NCBI RefSeq assembly: GCF_036321535.1
Contig: NC_087438.1
Coordinates: 2,544,001 to 2,608,000 of the forward strand
Origin: Camelus dromedarius
Lineage: Eukaryota
Length of the DNA stretch: 64,000 nucleotides
Reading direction: 5' to 3'
Both the position numbers and the translations under genes were made by a program. Below are positions 52,561-64,000 of the stretch, piece by piece. Numbering within the stretch: the stretch's first letter is position 1; each line of letters starts with the position of its first letter. The notes below the pieces were generated by a model. It was not told where the DNA came from and did no database searches. It was given only the letters and a program-made list of their open reading frames with translations.

Positions 52561-53049
52561 AGGAAGTAAGTCTTGCTGTCACCTCAGTGTTCACGATCTG
52601 TCCTAATAAAAAACCTAAAACTGCATCAGTCTAGAATTCTCTGGGCACAGGATTGGCTCGAATGACCTTGAAAACTAAGAGTTCAGAGAAAAAAGAAGCC
52701 AAGCCCAGGAGAATCTGGGTGTTGTTTGGAAAACATACAGACGTGAGAGGTTCTGGGTCGGGAGGTGGTGGAATCTGTGGGGGATGACGGTGGCTGAGAG
52801 AGAACTGGATGGGGTCTGGGGAACTGGGGGCGTGGGTGGGCCCAGAGCCCCCGACACCATGGCCCACTGAAGCCGTGGCGCTGATCTCCAGGTTGGAATG
52901 CGGTGAAGCGCTGGGCAGAAGAGTGGAGAACCGTGGGCAGGGACTGGCCCAGGAGAGCAAGAAGTTGCAGGGGGCAGTCGCAGCTGAGGGGAGCGCAGAG
53001 GGGGTCGGGGTGGTTTGTTTGCCACAGAAGCTGCTGCAGAGTCTGGGGT

Positions 53050-53432
53050 TCTCCTTTCCATTGAAATCTAGTCAATTTACAATGTTGGGTTAATTCCTGG
53101 CGCACAGCACAGTGATTCAGTGATGCATATATATATATTTTTTCATATTCTTTTTTATTATAGGTGATTATACGGTATTGAACAGAGTTCCCTGTGCTAT
53201 GCAGTAAGACCTTATTGTTTATCTACTTCATACATAGTAGTTAGTATCTACAAATCCCGAACTCCCAATTTACCCCACCCCCTGCCAAGATGTAAACTTT
53301 ATTACGTCTGGATGCAAAGCTTTATCTTTGAAATCCTGCTCTTTTGAGTTTGGCCAGGAGGCTGTCTGCTCCAGGCTCCCCCTGGTAACCATAAGTGTGG
53401 TTTCTACGTCTGAGTCTGTCTCTGTATTGTAG
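53050..53432 (-). mobile_element. 5'-truncated cetartiodactyl L1 3' UTR containing an 83-bp inverted copy of local DNA
   Basis: Antisense L1 3' end ('caatttacaatgttg...cagcacagtgattcagt...ccccctggtaaccataag') interrupted at ~53283-53375. Confidence 0.9.
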
Positions 53433-55689
53433 CATCTGGGATTATTGATAGAGATGACCTGAGAGTGATGGGGAGGATGAATGATGGCCCAGGAGAGTGA
53501 GAGGATGGCCAGGGCAAGGCGGCATGAGGTTGGCCGTGAGGACTGGCTCCTCTACCTGAAGCTGTGCCTCTCTCATCCCCTGCCCCACTCTGAGGACACC
53601 TGGAGACACAGAGTGTGGAGCCTGGGCCCCAGTGAGCGCCATGGAGAGAGAGGGGAGAGGCATAGGAGGGCGCCTCGGAAGCCCGCGTGTAAAGAAGGGA
53701 AGAGAGGAGGGGCCGATGGCGGAGGGATCAGTGGAAACCCTCCAGCGCCAGCCTGACCACGGTGAAGGCAATCGCGTCTGCTGGAAGGACCGAACCCTGT
53801 GGTCGGAGCAGAGGCTGGGGACCTGCTTGGAGAGGTTGTCATTAAATAAGGCACAAATCGTACACTGCGACCCTCTGTTTAGTGTTCAAACTGTTGTTAA
53901 AGTGAGTGATGTTTGTAGTGGCCGTGCTAAATCTCTTTCAGAGAATCAGTGGTAGCAGATAGAAAAAACGTACTTATAAAGAAGGCAGATAATGAGAGGA
54001 AACTAAGACACCAAGTAATAGTTCCTCCAGCTTTCTGGATAGTTCTGCCGTCCTAGAAACGCACCCTTAGTAACCGCAGATCTACCAGCCTTAGTCAGGG
54101 TGACAGGGGAAACCAGAGGGAACGGTTACTGAACAAGTGAAACGTACCTAAAGAAATGTTTTGTGGCCAATTAAACACATCCTGCATTTTAAGCATCACC
54201 AGAAACAGCACTGAAAACCTTTGCGGGCTCTGGTGGCCTAGACACGTTGACTTGGGATTTCATAAAAATGTTGATCAAGGATCCTTTTTACTTTAGTAAA
54301 TTCCACCAGACCTGCTCCCCCGTTTCCATTAGCTAATTTCGTTCCTGCCTGCCATCCGGAGAATGCAAATCAGCCGCCGCCAGCCTCGCCGGGTAGGCTG
54401 ACTTCGCCTGCAACCCCGAGTTTTCCCACCGGACCCACGGGCATTTCTCGGTCTTTTAAGCTGTCATCTGTGTCCCTGGGTATCCGATCTGTTAAATGAA
54501 TTAGCCTTCGATTGTTGGGACCGGAGTCGCACGGCCTGTCTGAGCTGGCTTGGCCTTTTCTGCCTCCGGTCCCCATCCATTACTGATGCGCAGCCCGGTT
54601 CTGCCGCTGTAAATCATCGGAGACCGGCTGCCCTCTCCCCCTTCCAAGAGCCGGTCCCCCCACAGGCTTTGCATCCCTGCATTTATGTCAGTTCAGCCCT
54701 TGGAAAGGTGGCTTGGGGTCGACATTGTGTTTGGGTTTAAGCGAATTTTCCACCCATTCTCTTTTCTCTGCGTCTATGACCGACCTGGAAATAGCGTTAT
54801 GCTGCAGTGCCAGATATTTCAGAAGTTCAAACCCCGTAAGTGTCCAATCAGGACAATTCAGACCCACCAGGGATTCATTTATTCTCACCACACGCAAGCG
54901 AGGTGGGCAGAGAGAGGTGTGGGGAATAAAAATCAGGAGAAAGCACTGACTAGCGAACTCGGGCACTGGGTGTCCCGAGAGCCCGCTCCCTCAGCCCCCG
55001 TCACCCTCTCTGTTCCCCCATCCAGATGCCAGAGCTCCTTCAATCTGTGGTCTTCTCATTGTCAACTCTGCTGGTGCCTCTGTGTGGCTGCAAGTGTCAC
55101 GGCCTCCCTTAGGCTTGGGCTGACCGATCGTACACTAAATACAGCCCCTGTCTGAGGGCTCGGTTGGGGCCGGCCTCTGCTCCCGGAACCTGACGTCCTG
55201 TCTGGTGCTCCCTGCTCATGACCCGCTCCGAGGCAGTTGATGTTGTTATGCACATTTTACAGACGGCAACACCGAGGCTGGGAGGGGGTCTGAGATGGTC
55301 TCAGGGCACACGCTGCCAGGGCTGGAGTGGAGTCACTCGGCAGCTGGTTACAGAGGCTCGACTCTAGACCACGTTTACACAGATCTGCTTCCGGAGAAGA
55401 TGCCAGAACGAACCACATGTGGAGTGACAGCCACTCTGGTGCTTCTGGTCCCCCACCCGGCAAGTTGGCTTGGTAAACCCGTGTTATCTCCTCGCTATCT
55501 GTGGCGTGATTCAGGTTCCAGTTGCTTTGATTTTAATCTGGGCACTTGATATCAAAATGCCTTTTCATTTGGTATTGATTCATCCAGTTACCAGGTGTTA
55601 ATCGGCAACAGTGCGTCAGTTGGGAATAAGGAGAGAAAATGAGAGAAAATACGTTATTCTAAACTACAGTCGCCACCTGATCAGTAGTG

Positions 55690-56400
55690 CTCTGCACAGC
55701 GCAGAGTGCAGATCCCGCAGTGGGACGCGCTACCGCAGGATGCTCTGCAGGGAAGGTGCGTCCCGCGCAGGGCTGCGCTCAGGGCGCGGGGGGGGGGGGG
55801 GGGGCTCCGTGAGCAGTGCCACACCCGGAGAGCACAGGGCGGAGTCGGGAGGTGACGTGATTTACTGCGGCAGGGAGCTGGCACTGACTGTGTGGAACGG
55901 GGTGCTTCTACAGGAAAAGCCAACATTATGAGCGAGAGCCCCCGGGAGGGGCTCTGAGGCTTCCAGGCCAAGCAGCCCGGAGCTGCACCGTGGAGTAAGG
56001 GGGCGCCAGGGGGCTGCTGATGGAGAAGGAAGGAGGCGGGAGGCCGGGTTTGCCCAGACGGGAGTGTGGTCCCGTGCTGTCTGTGGGGCTGCCTGTGACC
56101 GGAGGTGCCTTCCAGACGGGGACCTCTGGGAGGTTCGCGTTTGCCTTCATCCTGGGGGCCGGTGCCCCTTCTGGCTGCTGATTCACCAGCCCGAGAAGTG
56201 CCAGGTCTCTGCCATGGGCTTGTTTTTGGTCGTTTTCATCCACATGAAATTAGCGCCCAGCTTAGGGTATTCAGCGTAAACAAGCCCTAAAGGCATTTTC
56301 CCCGAAAGCAATAAACTCCCGTAAATCGAGGAAAGGGGCGCCACCTCCGGCCCCGCGTGGAATTGCGCGTGTACCGCCGTGGCTCCGTGGGTGCCCCTGG
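55690..56400. promoter_or_regulatory. CpG-rich region with a G17 run (55788-55804)
   Basis: High CpG density and a 17-nt G homopolymer. Confidence 0.5.
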
Positions 56401-57779
56401 TTCTAAATTCATTGTATTCATCTCACAAAAATAGTCCGTATTTTATACTGACAAATTTATCAATAGAAAAAAGATACCACACAAAGCTGTAAGAAATCAC
56501 CTGCCAAAATAATGATTTATGCTGATTTTAAGGCTCCCCGCTACGATTCATGTGCATAAGACTTATTTTTTCCACTTTGACATTTACTTCATGTTATAAA
56601 ATTGTGCTTCCCTCCGAGATGTCTTCACTGAATAGCACGGAGGCAGGAATGGACCAGAGTCAGGGCTCCCAGGCCCAATGCCTCTGTCAGGACTCAGCCC
56701 GGCAGTTGCCGAGCCCACCACGCGGGAGACCACAGAGGTCGGGTGTGCCTGCGGCCGCCACCGAGGGCTCAAATCCACACAAAAGTTCCAAGATTCGTGG
56801 GCGGACATTACCCATCCCCGAACACCTTCCTTTCCCAAAGGCTGATTGGAAACAGGGCTGTTTTCTGTTGACTTGAGTCATGTTTATTTGAAAGCTCAAA
56901 GACAACGTGAAGCCATTAATATTAAATTAGAAGAATAAACGATTCGTGTTCTGAAAGCGAGCTGGGAAGAGGGTGAGAAGCCAGCGACACCTGGAGGAGG
57001 CGGGGCTGTTCCTGCTTCTGCTTTCCCACAGGAAGCCTCATGGTGACTCTGTTCAGAGATGCCGGGAAGGGGCGTTGGGGGTGGGGATTGATTCAGGCCC
57101 CTGGGCTCCATCTGGGAGGGAGGGGGCGGGTGGGGGGGATGATGGATGGAGGGGTAAAGAGGAGAAACCGGAATCCTGAATACCGAGGAGTCCCGTGGGC
57201 TGCAGCTGGAGAAGCTCCTGTTCAAAGAGCTGATGGAGCTTTTCTGGGGACCACAGTCCTCTCCATCTGGTCACAGCCGTAGCATCTCATCTTTCTTACC
57301 TACATCATCTCATGTCTTTGGGACCTGGAGCTCCAGTAAAACCTGCAACACTCCTTTGCTTGCATTTGTAGGTAGGGTGGGGCAAATCTCAACCCATGGA
57401 CTCGAGTGCGAAGGAAACAGAGCTTTCAGCAGGCACCTCTCCCATCTGTCTTGACTCTTCCTTGCCCTGGGGTCAGATGCCACCATCTCTGCTGTGTGTC
57501 CGTGTGGAGGTTTACAGAGGTCGTGGGAGGGAGGGGACTATCTTGTCCTTGGTTGTCTGCCTCCCTAGGACAGTGTCAGGGCAGGGAGACCTCAGTCCAA
57601 GCAGGCTGTTGTCATGGGCCCCTCCTGTGGGTCCCCTCTCCAGATTACGTCCCATGGCTGCATCCTGGAGAACTCAGCTATGTAAAGGTCTCAGTTCCTC
57701 CACAGTGAAGTGCTACCAGGAAGCGCCGTGCTCCTCCCTGAGCACATACAACCAGTATCCGCGGCATCTTCCTCCTGGC

Positions 57780-58265
57780 AAACATCCAACCCCTCTCCTC
57801 TGACTGTGCACTGATCTGCCAGCATCTACTTTCAATAGTGACTTCTTGAACGAATATCCACCTGAACCCACTTTACTCTGTTTCGCACCGAGGGAAAAGG
57901 GGTGATGCTCTGCGACATTTCCAACCTGAGTGACTGTTGCGTGCGCACCTAAGGTTTCTACTGCTTGCCCAGACAGCTCTTTTCGTCTCTCGTGCTGTGC
58001 CTCGTCGCACCCGCACCCTGCCTGCCGTCTTCAGCTCAATATTCACATCTATGCAAAGTCCTGTGCGGAATCGCCACCTGCTTCTTGGTAACCAACGAGA
58101 GTTGCAATTACACAGCTTTTGTCCAGTGATGTAACGTCTCTGCTCTGCCTGTGACATGACCTCCAGGGTAGCCAGGGCTGTGTCGTCCGGTTCACTGCCC
58201 ACCCCGATGTTGAGCATCACGCTTCGCACATGGTAGGTGGTGGGACAACATTCATCACGATGAAA
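57780..58265 (+). mobile_element. L2 LINE 3' fragment
   Basis: 'ctccagggtagccagggctgtgtc...gttcactg...gcacatggtaggtg' resembles the L2 3' end. Confidence 0.55.
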
Positions 58266-58609
58266 AGGTACGCGCGGTCTAGTGGACTCGACTAGGAAAT
58301 TTGCATTTATTGCTGTTAACTCATCTCCACCCTGTATTTCTAAAGTTGCTTTTAGAACCTAAGTTATGTTTCACCCATAAGTGGCCAAAGGTAATTTACA
58401 GGCTTGAGGAAGGACTTGCATATGTTCCTCAGAGACACTGATGAAGGCAGGACACACGTCCAGCCCCCAAGGTGACGCACCTTTACTATCAACGCCCATT
58501 AGGGCCATTCCTCCAGGGGTGGGGTGGCTAACTGGACTACCCTCCCCTCCAGGTATCTGCAGGCTACTTTTCTTTTCTAATTTTTCTATTTGCATCTCCA
58601 TGTACTTTA

Positions 58610-59158
58610 TTTATTTTTTGTTTCCTGATTTATCGAGGTATAATTGATATACAGAAAACTCCACAGCATGAATGTATACAATTCGGTGAGTTCGGATCCA
58701 GGATAGAGCCAAACTGTGGTGCTGTTGTCACCATAACCAAGGTAACAGGTGTATCCATCACCTGCAAGAGTTTCCTTATGTTCCTTTATGTTTTGTTGTG
58801 CTTTATTCTTGTGGTAAGAGCACAAAATGAAGGTCCTACCAGTACGTTTTAAATAGCTCATTGCTAGCCGCAGGCACCACGCTGTGCTGAAGACCTCTGG
58901 GGCTGAGCCGTCTCGCGTCCCTGTAACTGTATCCCCGTGGACAGCAGCCCCTGGCAGCCAGCATGCTTGGGTGTGCTTCCCCACGTTGCACTGTTTTTGA
59001 CATCTCATACAAGAGGGGCTGTGCACTGCTCGTCTTTCTGTAACTGACTTATTTCACTGCGCACAATGTCCATGAGATTCATTCACGTTGCAAATGGCAG
59101 CCTTCCCGTCCTTTTTAAGGTTGAATAATATTCCATCATGTGTAAGGACCACATTTTT
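58610..59158 (-). mobile_element. L1MA/MB-type 3' end, antisense
   Basis: 'tttatcgaggtataattgatataca...tatccatcacctgcaagagtttcc...gactgacttatttcact...ttgaataatattccat'. Confidence 0.85.
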
Positions 59159-59589
59159 AGACTGAGTTCTCAGGGTGCTATCATTCTTGTGTTCTGATCA
59201 GAGACTCAGGGTCATGAGTGAGTGATGCAAGGTTACAGGATAATCTAATGATCAACATGACTCTGAATCCATAAGTCATACTGAAACCCATGATGCCAAG
59301 AGAGTTCCAGTTAAAAATAATAGAATTTACTGAGTTTCAGAGATTTTCATCAAAACATACAGAAAATAAATTTTGCATTTAGGCCCAAACAGTCACCTTT
59401 TATACCATTAAGGAGCAGTTTTAACTACTTTCCTACCCTGAGAATCCGTGTCCCCTTCAGGCCCAGGCCTGGGGCAGCGGGCACACACCCAGGGCCAGGC
59501 GGTCTCCTCCTCCTCGTCGGCTCTCACCTGCTGGCGTGAGCGTGCCACCGGAAGCCCCCGTGCCGGCTGCGGTCTGGGTTTGGGATCGG

Positions 59590-60524
59590 CGGTGTTTCTG
59601 TTGCATGTCAGCTTGGCTGGGCGACAGTTCCCGGGGACTTAATCAAGCACTAGTTCAGGTGTTGCTGTGAAGGTGTTTTGTGGACGTGATTCACATCCAC
59701 AATCAGCTGGCTTTCAGGTGAGAAGGTGGCCCTCCTGAACATGGGGGAGCCTCCTTCAACTGGTTGAAGACCTTAAGAGAAAAGCTAAATTTTCCTGGAG
59801 AGAAAAGAACTCTGTCTGAAGACTGGCACATGGAAACTCTGCCTGAGCTTCCAGCCGGCAGGCTGGCCAGGTCCCACAGCTGCAAGAGGGGGCTCCTTGA
59901 AATAACCCGTCTGCACCTCTCTCCCCGTCTCTGCCTCTGTCTCACCTGTATCTATGTCTACGTCTATGTCTGAGTTGTGAAATGAAATTCACACTTTATT
60001 TCAAGGCAAGAAAAATTAAAACATACAAATCCTTCTCCGCCCCTCGGCCTCCTCCCCCTGCACAGTGCGCTGTGCATCCGCCTTACGCACCAACCCCTCA
60101 TCGACAGAAACACCCACTCAGCCGTGAACAGCAGCATCAGCGAGACAACTGCTGAGAAGACAGCGTCCCTTCCTGGTCTCAGAAGGGGCCGGGATGATCC
60201 CCCACTCTGCACCTACGGCCCTGGATTGTGCAGACCACCTGTGTCATTTTGTACAGCCATCAGTCTCAAAAACCTGGATGACGGTGCTTTGACCTCTAAC
60301 AGGAGGAATAGTTCTCCAGACCCCCTGAGAGGTTGTTCTGGGTTATAATCCTCAATGTGGCTCGAACAAAATTTTTCGTTTCTTTCTTAGATCAACTAAT
60401 TTTTCATCGGCAGTTTCGCCTGCTTCTCTGTACTGCCCGTGTGCCTGCATATTTAGGTCTGTCTCTGTATCTCTACGTACATGCCTTGCTGGCTCTGTTT
60501 CTGCGAAGAGCACTGACTGACACA
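59590..60524 (+). mobile_element. MLT2-type (ERVL) LTR, interrupted by a second LTR-like element
   Basis: 'aatcaagcactagttcaggtgttgctgtgaaggtgttttgtggacgtgatt...gttgaagaccttaagag' and terminus 'ggctctgtttctgcgaagagcactgactgacaca'. Confidence 0.8.
59976..60412 (+). mobile_element. Probable ERV1-type solo LTR (~437 bp) nested in MLT2
   Basis: TG...CA termini and U5-like 'ataatcctcaatgtggctcgaacaaaatttttc...ttttcatcggca'; splits the MLT2; no clean TSD seen. Confidence 0.55.
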
Positions 60525-60599
60525 GGGTCTATGACTCGGTTCCACCAAAGATCGAGTCCAGACGTTTCTAGCATTTTCCCCCGAGAGCATCGGGTGCGT

Positions 60600-60931
60600 G
60601 GGGCGTCCTCTCTCTCCAGGACTTAGAGGGGCCATTTCTCTCCTCTCGCTGTTTCCTCGTATCACTTACTTTTTGACACTCTGTTACTTTAGGTTGTATT
60701 ACACGTAATAATGTGCTGAGCCATGTCGTATTGTCTGTGCATTACACCATACCCCATCACACGGCACTGCGTGTGTGTGTGTATGTGTGTGTGCTGCCGG
60801 CCTCTTTCCACCACAGAGCCAGAGGGTGTGGGAGGGCAGGCAGTGCCCTGTTCTCTCCTCTGTCATGTCCCGTCACCTAAACTCACTCCGGCACATTACA
60901 GATGCTCAGTAAGTACCTGCTGGAGGAATGC
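60600..60931 (+). mobile_element. L2 LINE 3' end
   Basis: 'gagggcaggcagtgccctgtt...ccggcacattacagatgctcagtaagtacctgctggaggaatg'. Confidence 0.65.
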
Positions 60932-60940
60932 TAGTGAGAT

Positions 60941-61126
60941 TTACAGCTCCAGCCGCACACACCCTACTATGCTTACAGCTCCATCCTCACACATCCTACT
61001 TCGCTTACAACTCCATGCACACACCCTATTATACTCACAGCTCCACCCGCACACACCCTACTATGCTCACAGCTCCACCCACACATCCTACTTCACTTAA
61101 GGCTCCACGCACACATCCTATTGCAC
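60941..61126. repeat. Minisatellite, six 30-32 bp units
   Basis: Units begin at 60941, 60973, 61005, 61035, 61067 and 61097; approximate consensus TYACAGCTCCA(CC)YGCACACAYCCTAYTAYRC. Confidence 0.92.
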
Positions 61127-61339
61127 TGGATACGCTAAGGAAACAACTCACAAGGCTCTTTGCCTTGTCTTGCAAGTCAGTACATTGCTGAGCCATGAAA
61201 GTATGTCAGTCAGCGTATTAACGAAAAATAAAGACACATCTCTGAATGGAGGGGAGGACGAGGACCTCCCAGGAGAAGGGGTTGGTCTGTTGGGGGTTTG
61301 CACACAGTGAGCAGGTCATCTCACTGCTCAGATGGTCAA

Positions 61340-61751
61340 ACTGAGTGAAGTAAGTCAGACAGAGAAAGACAAATACCAATGACATCTCTTATATGTAGAA
61401 TCTAAAAAAAAAAAAAAAAAAGAGATACAAATGAACTCATTTACAAAACAGAAAGAGACTCACAGGCATAGAAAACAAACTTATGATTACCAAAGGGGAG
61501 GGAGGGGGAAGGATAAATTAGGCATTTGGGATTTACAGATACACACTGCTGTATATAAAATAGATAAACAAGTTTCTGCTGTAGAGCACAGGGGACTATA
61601 TTCAATAGCTTGTAATAACCTATAATGAAAAAGAATCTGAAAAATAATGTATATGTATAACTGAATCACTTTGCTGTACACCTGAAACCAACACAATGTT
61701 GTAAATCAACTACACTTCAATAAAAATTAAGTTAATTAATTAGTTAAAAGG
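61340..61751 (+). mobile_element. 5'-truncated cetartiodactyl L1 3' UTR
   Basis: 'ctgagtgaagtaagtcagacagagaaagacaaatacc...tgtaaatcaactacacttcaataaaa'; possible TSD agatggtcaa/agatagtcta (8/10). Confidence 0.92.
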
Positions 61752-62261
61752 AGATAGTCTAGCCCAAAAGGGATGCTTGAGGATCTGGAACTGGTCTAGG
61801 GTAGAGCCAGGGCGCTGCCTGGCCCTGGACCTCCTTAGGGCAGGGGCCCGGCCAGCGTCAGTGGGGCAATTGCTCCGTGACTTTAACATGCACCCTCCTT
61901 TCTCTGTGTCTACCTCCTGACCTCCACCACCTCCTGTCAATGGCACCCAAACTCTGGCCACAGAAAAAGGTGCAATTATTTAATAGTCATCGCATCTTAA
62001 AACAGCCCTTTCATTTTCAATGAATTGATATTCCTGTTGGTTATATGTGGTCATAGACTAATGAGTTGGTAAATATTCTATATTCTGCACCCCCAGTGGG
62101 TGAGTGAACTCTCTGTTCTTGAACTGAAAAATTTCCCAACTTCAAACTTCTCATCTCCAGTTCCAAGCTGTTCCACAGTCTTCAAGAGGGAAGTCTGTTC
62201 TGTGCTCAGGCCTGAGTGAGATGAAGTAGGTGGTCTGACAAAAGTCAGTTAAAGAGGACCT

Positions 62262-62362
62262 GATGGATGAGCTAGACAGACAGGTGACAGACGGATGGAC
62301 GAACAGACAGGCACAGAGAAAAAGAAATAGATGCACAAATGATAGATAGACAGTAGGTGGAT
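62262..62362. repeat. Degenerate (GAYA/GGAY)n tetranucleotide repeat
   Basis: gatggatga...agacagacag...gatagatagaca. Confidence 0.7.
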
Positions 62363-64000
62363 TCATCCTGAGAAGGGGGCGGCCCCGTCATCAGTCTTCG
62401 GTCCTTGAGATTTGTGCCACTAAGGAGACACGTCCACTCTAATATTTATCTAGAATCATTTTTATTCTCTATTTTTAAACTACAAGATGCACTTCTTTGA
62501 AAAATTACCCACTTTGGTGATGCACACTTGAGCCATTTACAAGGCATCGCCGCCTCTCGTTGAGGATGTCGGGCCCCAGACGCCCTCCAGCGCCGCCCAT
62601 TCCCCATCCCAGGAGGCAGGATGCATCATCTCACACTGTGCACAGGCATAGCGCTAGAACATGCAAAGGCTTTTCCAGCCCAGGCTTGCAGATCCATTTT
62701 CAGTGCGATCTGATATTTGAAGTCTTGAAAGAAATACATAAACAGCAAACGGCCTGGTCACAGACATTTATCCTCTGTCCTGACATACGCAAAGCGATAT
62801 TGTTTCAGTAATAAAAGGCCAGACTGAAAGCTGGACTGTAAAGATGAAACATTTGAGAAAAGATGCCCAAATAGGGGGCGACCACAAAGAAATAGAGCCG
62901 GTGTTTTCCAAGCAGTGGGAGGGCTCGCCTGGAGGGAGCTCGGGCGCGCTCTGTGACCCGCCGCTAGAAGCCTGCTGTTTTCCATTCATCTTGTGATATT
63001 TGGCCACCCAGCCACGGGCTCACCGTGTGACTGATCGCAAGTCTAAACTGAGGACTGAATGCTCTCAAATTGCCAGTCAGGGTCCCTTCAAACAGGGGTG
63101 TTTCTCTGTGTGCACAAAGCTGTATGTCACATCAGCGCCTCCAGGTAAGAGTCCTTTTGTTTTACCGACGGGAAGGTTGTGCCCTGGGGAACAGGAAGAC
63201 ACCCGAGGCAGGGCACACAGCTGAAATCCCCGTGTGGCCCCTGAGAGGCGCCCCGTCACTACCTCTCCAACCTGCAGTATCACCCCAAGGCTGGGCTATG
63301 AACCCCACAGCACAGGCTTCAGGGAGGCCCCCACGAGCAGAAACCCTAAACGACTAGGTCAGAGAGTGTCAGAGGGTGATGGACCCCCCCACGATGGCCC
63401 TGGGGAGCCAGGAAGCAGGTCTTCTGTGTGGCCCCATCCAGCGGGCACCAGATTTAAATCCATTGGCCATCAATGCCCTGGGTCAGTGGCGGACTTCCAC
63501 ACGTGGGCACAGGAGAGAGAGGCGGGGACCCACCAAGACTCCTAGTGTGGCCATCCAGCGCGTGCCCCACTGCCCTCCGTGACAGGGACTGGAGGAGACG
63601 CTGGGTAGGGGCAGGCCAGGGGGAGGCGCATCCAAGAACACGGCGGGTGCAGAGCTGGGAGCCAGTCCGGAGGCGGGGCGGGTGTTCCGGCCAAGGTCAT
63701 CCCTTTTGCTTCTATCAAGACTCGAGTCATCAAAGACCCTTTGCACCTCTTACTTGTTGGATGTAAAAGTCCTATGACTTTTATGTCCAGATTTCAAATG
63801 CCAGCGGGGCTGAGGCAGGCAGAACAGGAACTGGTCACCAGGAGGGAACTTCCACATGGGCTGGGCGCTCATGGGGACGGGGTCAGCAAGCTGCCAGCTC
63901 CCAGCAGCACCACCTCCCCAGACAGGGTCTCCCACCTCTCTGCCTGTCATCTCCCCACTGGCAGCCTGGAGGCCCCGGTGTATTTAGGTATCTTGGTAAC

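Noticed and set aside
60941..61126. CRISPR-like ~31-bp periodicity
   Set aside because: Head-to-tail tandem units with no unique spacers, no cas genes, mammalian context
1..64000. Assigning a host gene or chromosomal locus
   Set aside because: No coding exon recognised; any gene name would be a guess without BLAST or synteny

Overview
Non-coding mammalian genomic DNA, most likely a cetartiodactyl and probably a camelid. This is inferred from the style of the LINE-1 3' UTRs and from seeing no Bov-A/BovB, PRE1, CHR or Alu SINEs. I cannot support any host protein-coding exon, RNA gene or CRISPR array. The only recognisable protein fragments in the ORF track are LINE-1 ORF2p C-termini. The window holds a strong CpG island (~7.0-8.1 kb), several weaker CpG-rich patches, an AT-rich L1-dense block (~19.2-29.2 kb), ancient MIR/L2/MER20/MADE2/MLT2 remnants, about eight lineage-specific 5'-truncated L1 insertions, microsatellites and one minisatellite. 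The most notable structures are (i) an 83-bp inverted copy of nearby unique DNA embedded in an L1 3' UTR, (ii) a twin-primed, 5'-inverted L1 carrying a nested younger L1 with a perfect TSD, which creates a long inverted repeat, and (iii) patchy AT-to-GC drift in old L1 copies. I found no convincing new biological system. Repeat family names come from my recall of consensus sequences, not a database search, and boundaries of old repeats are approximate.
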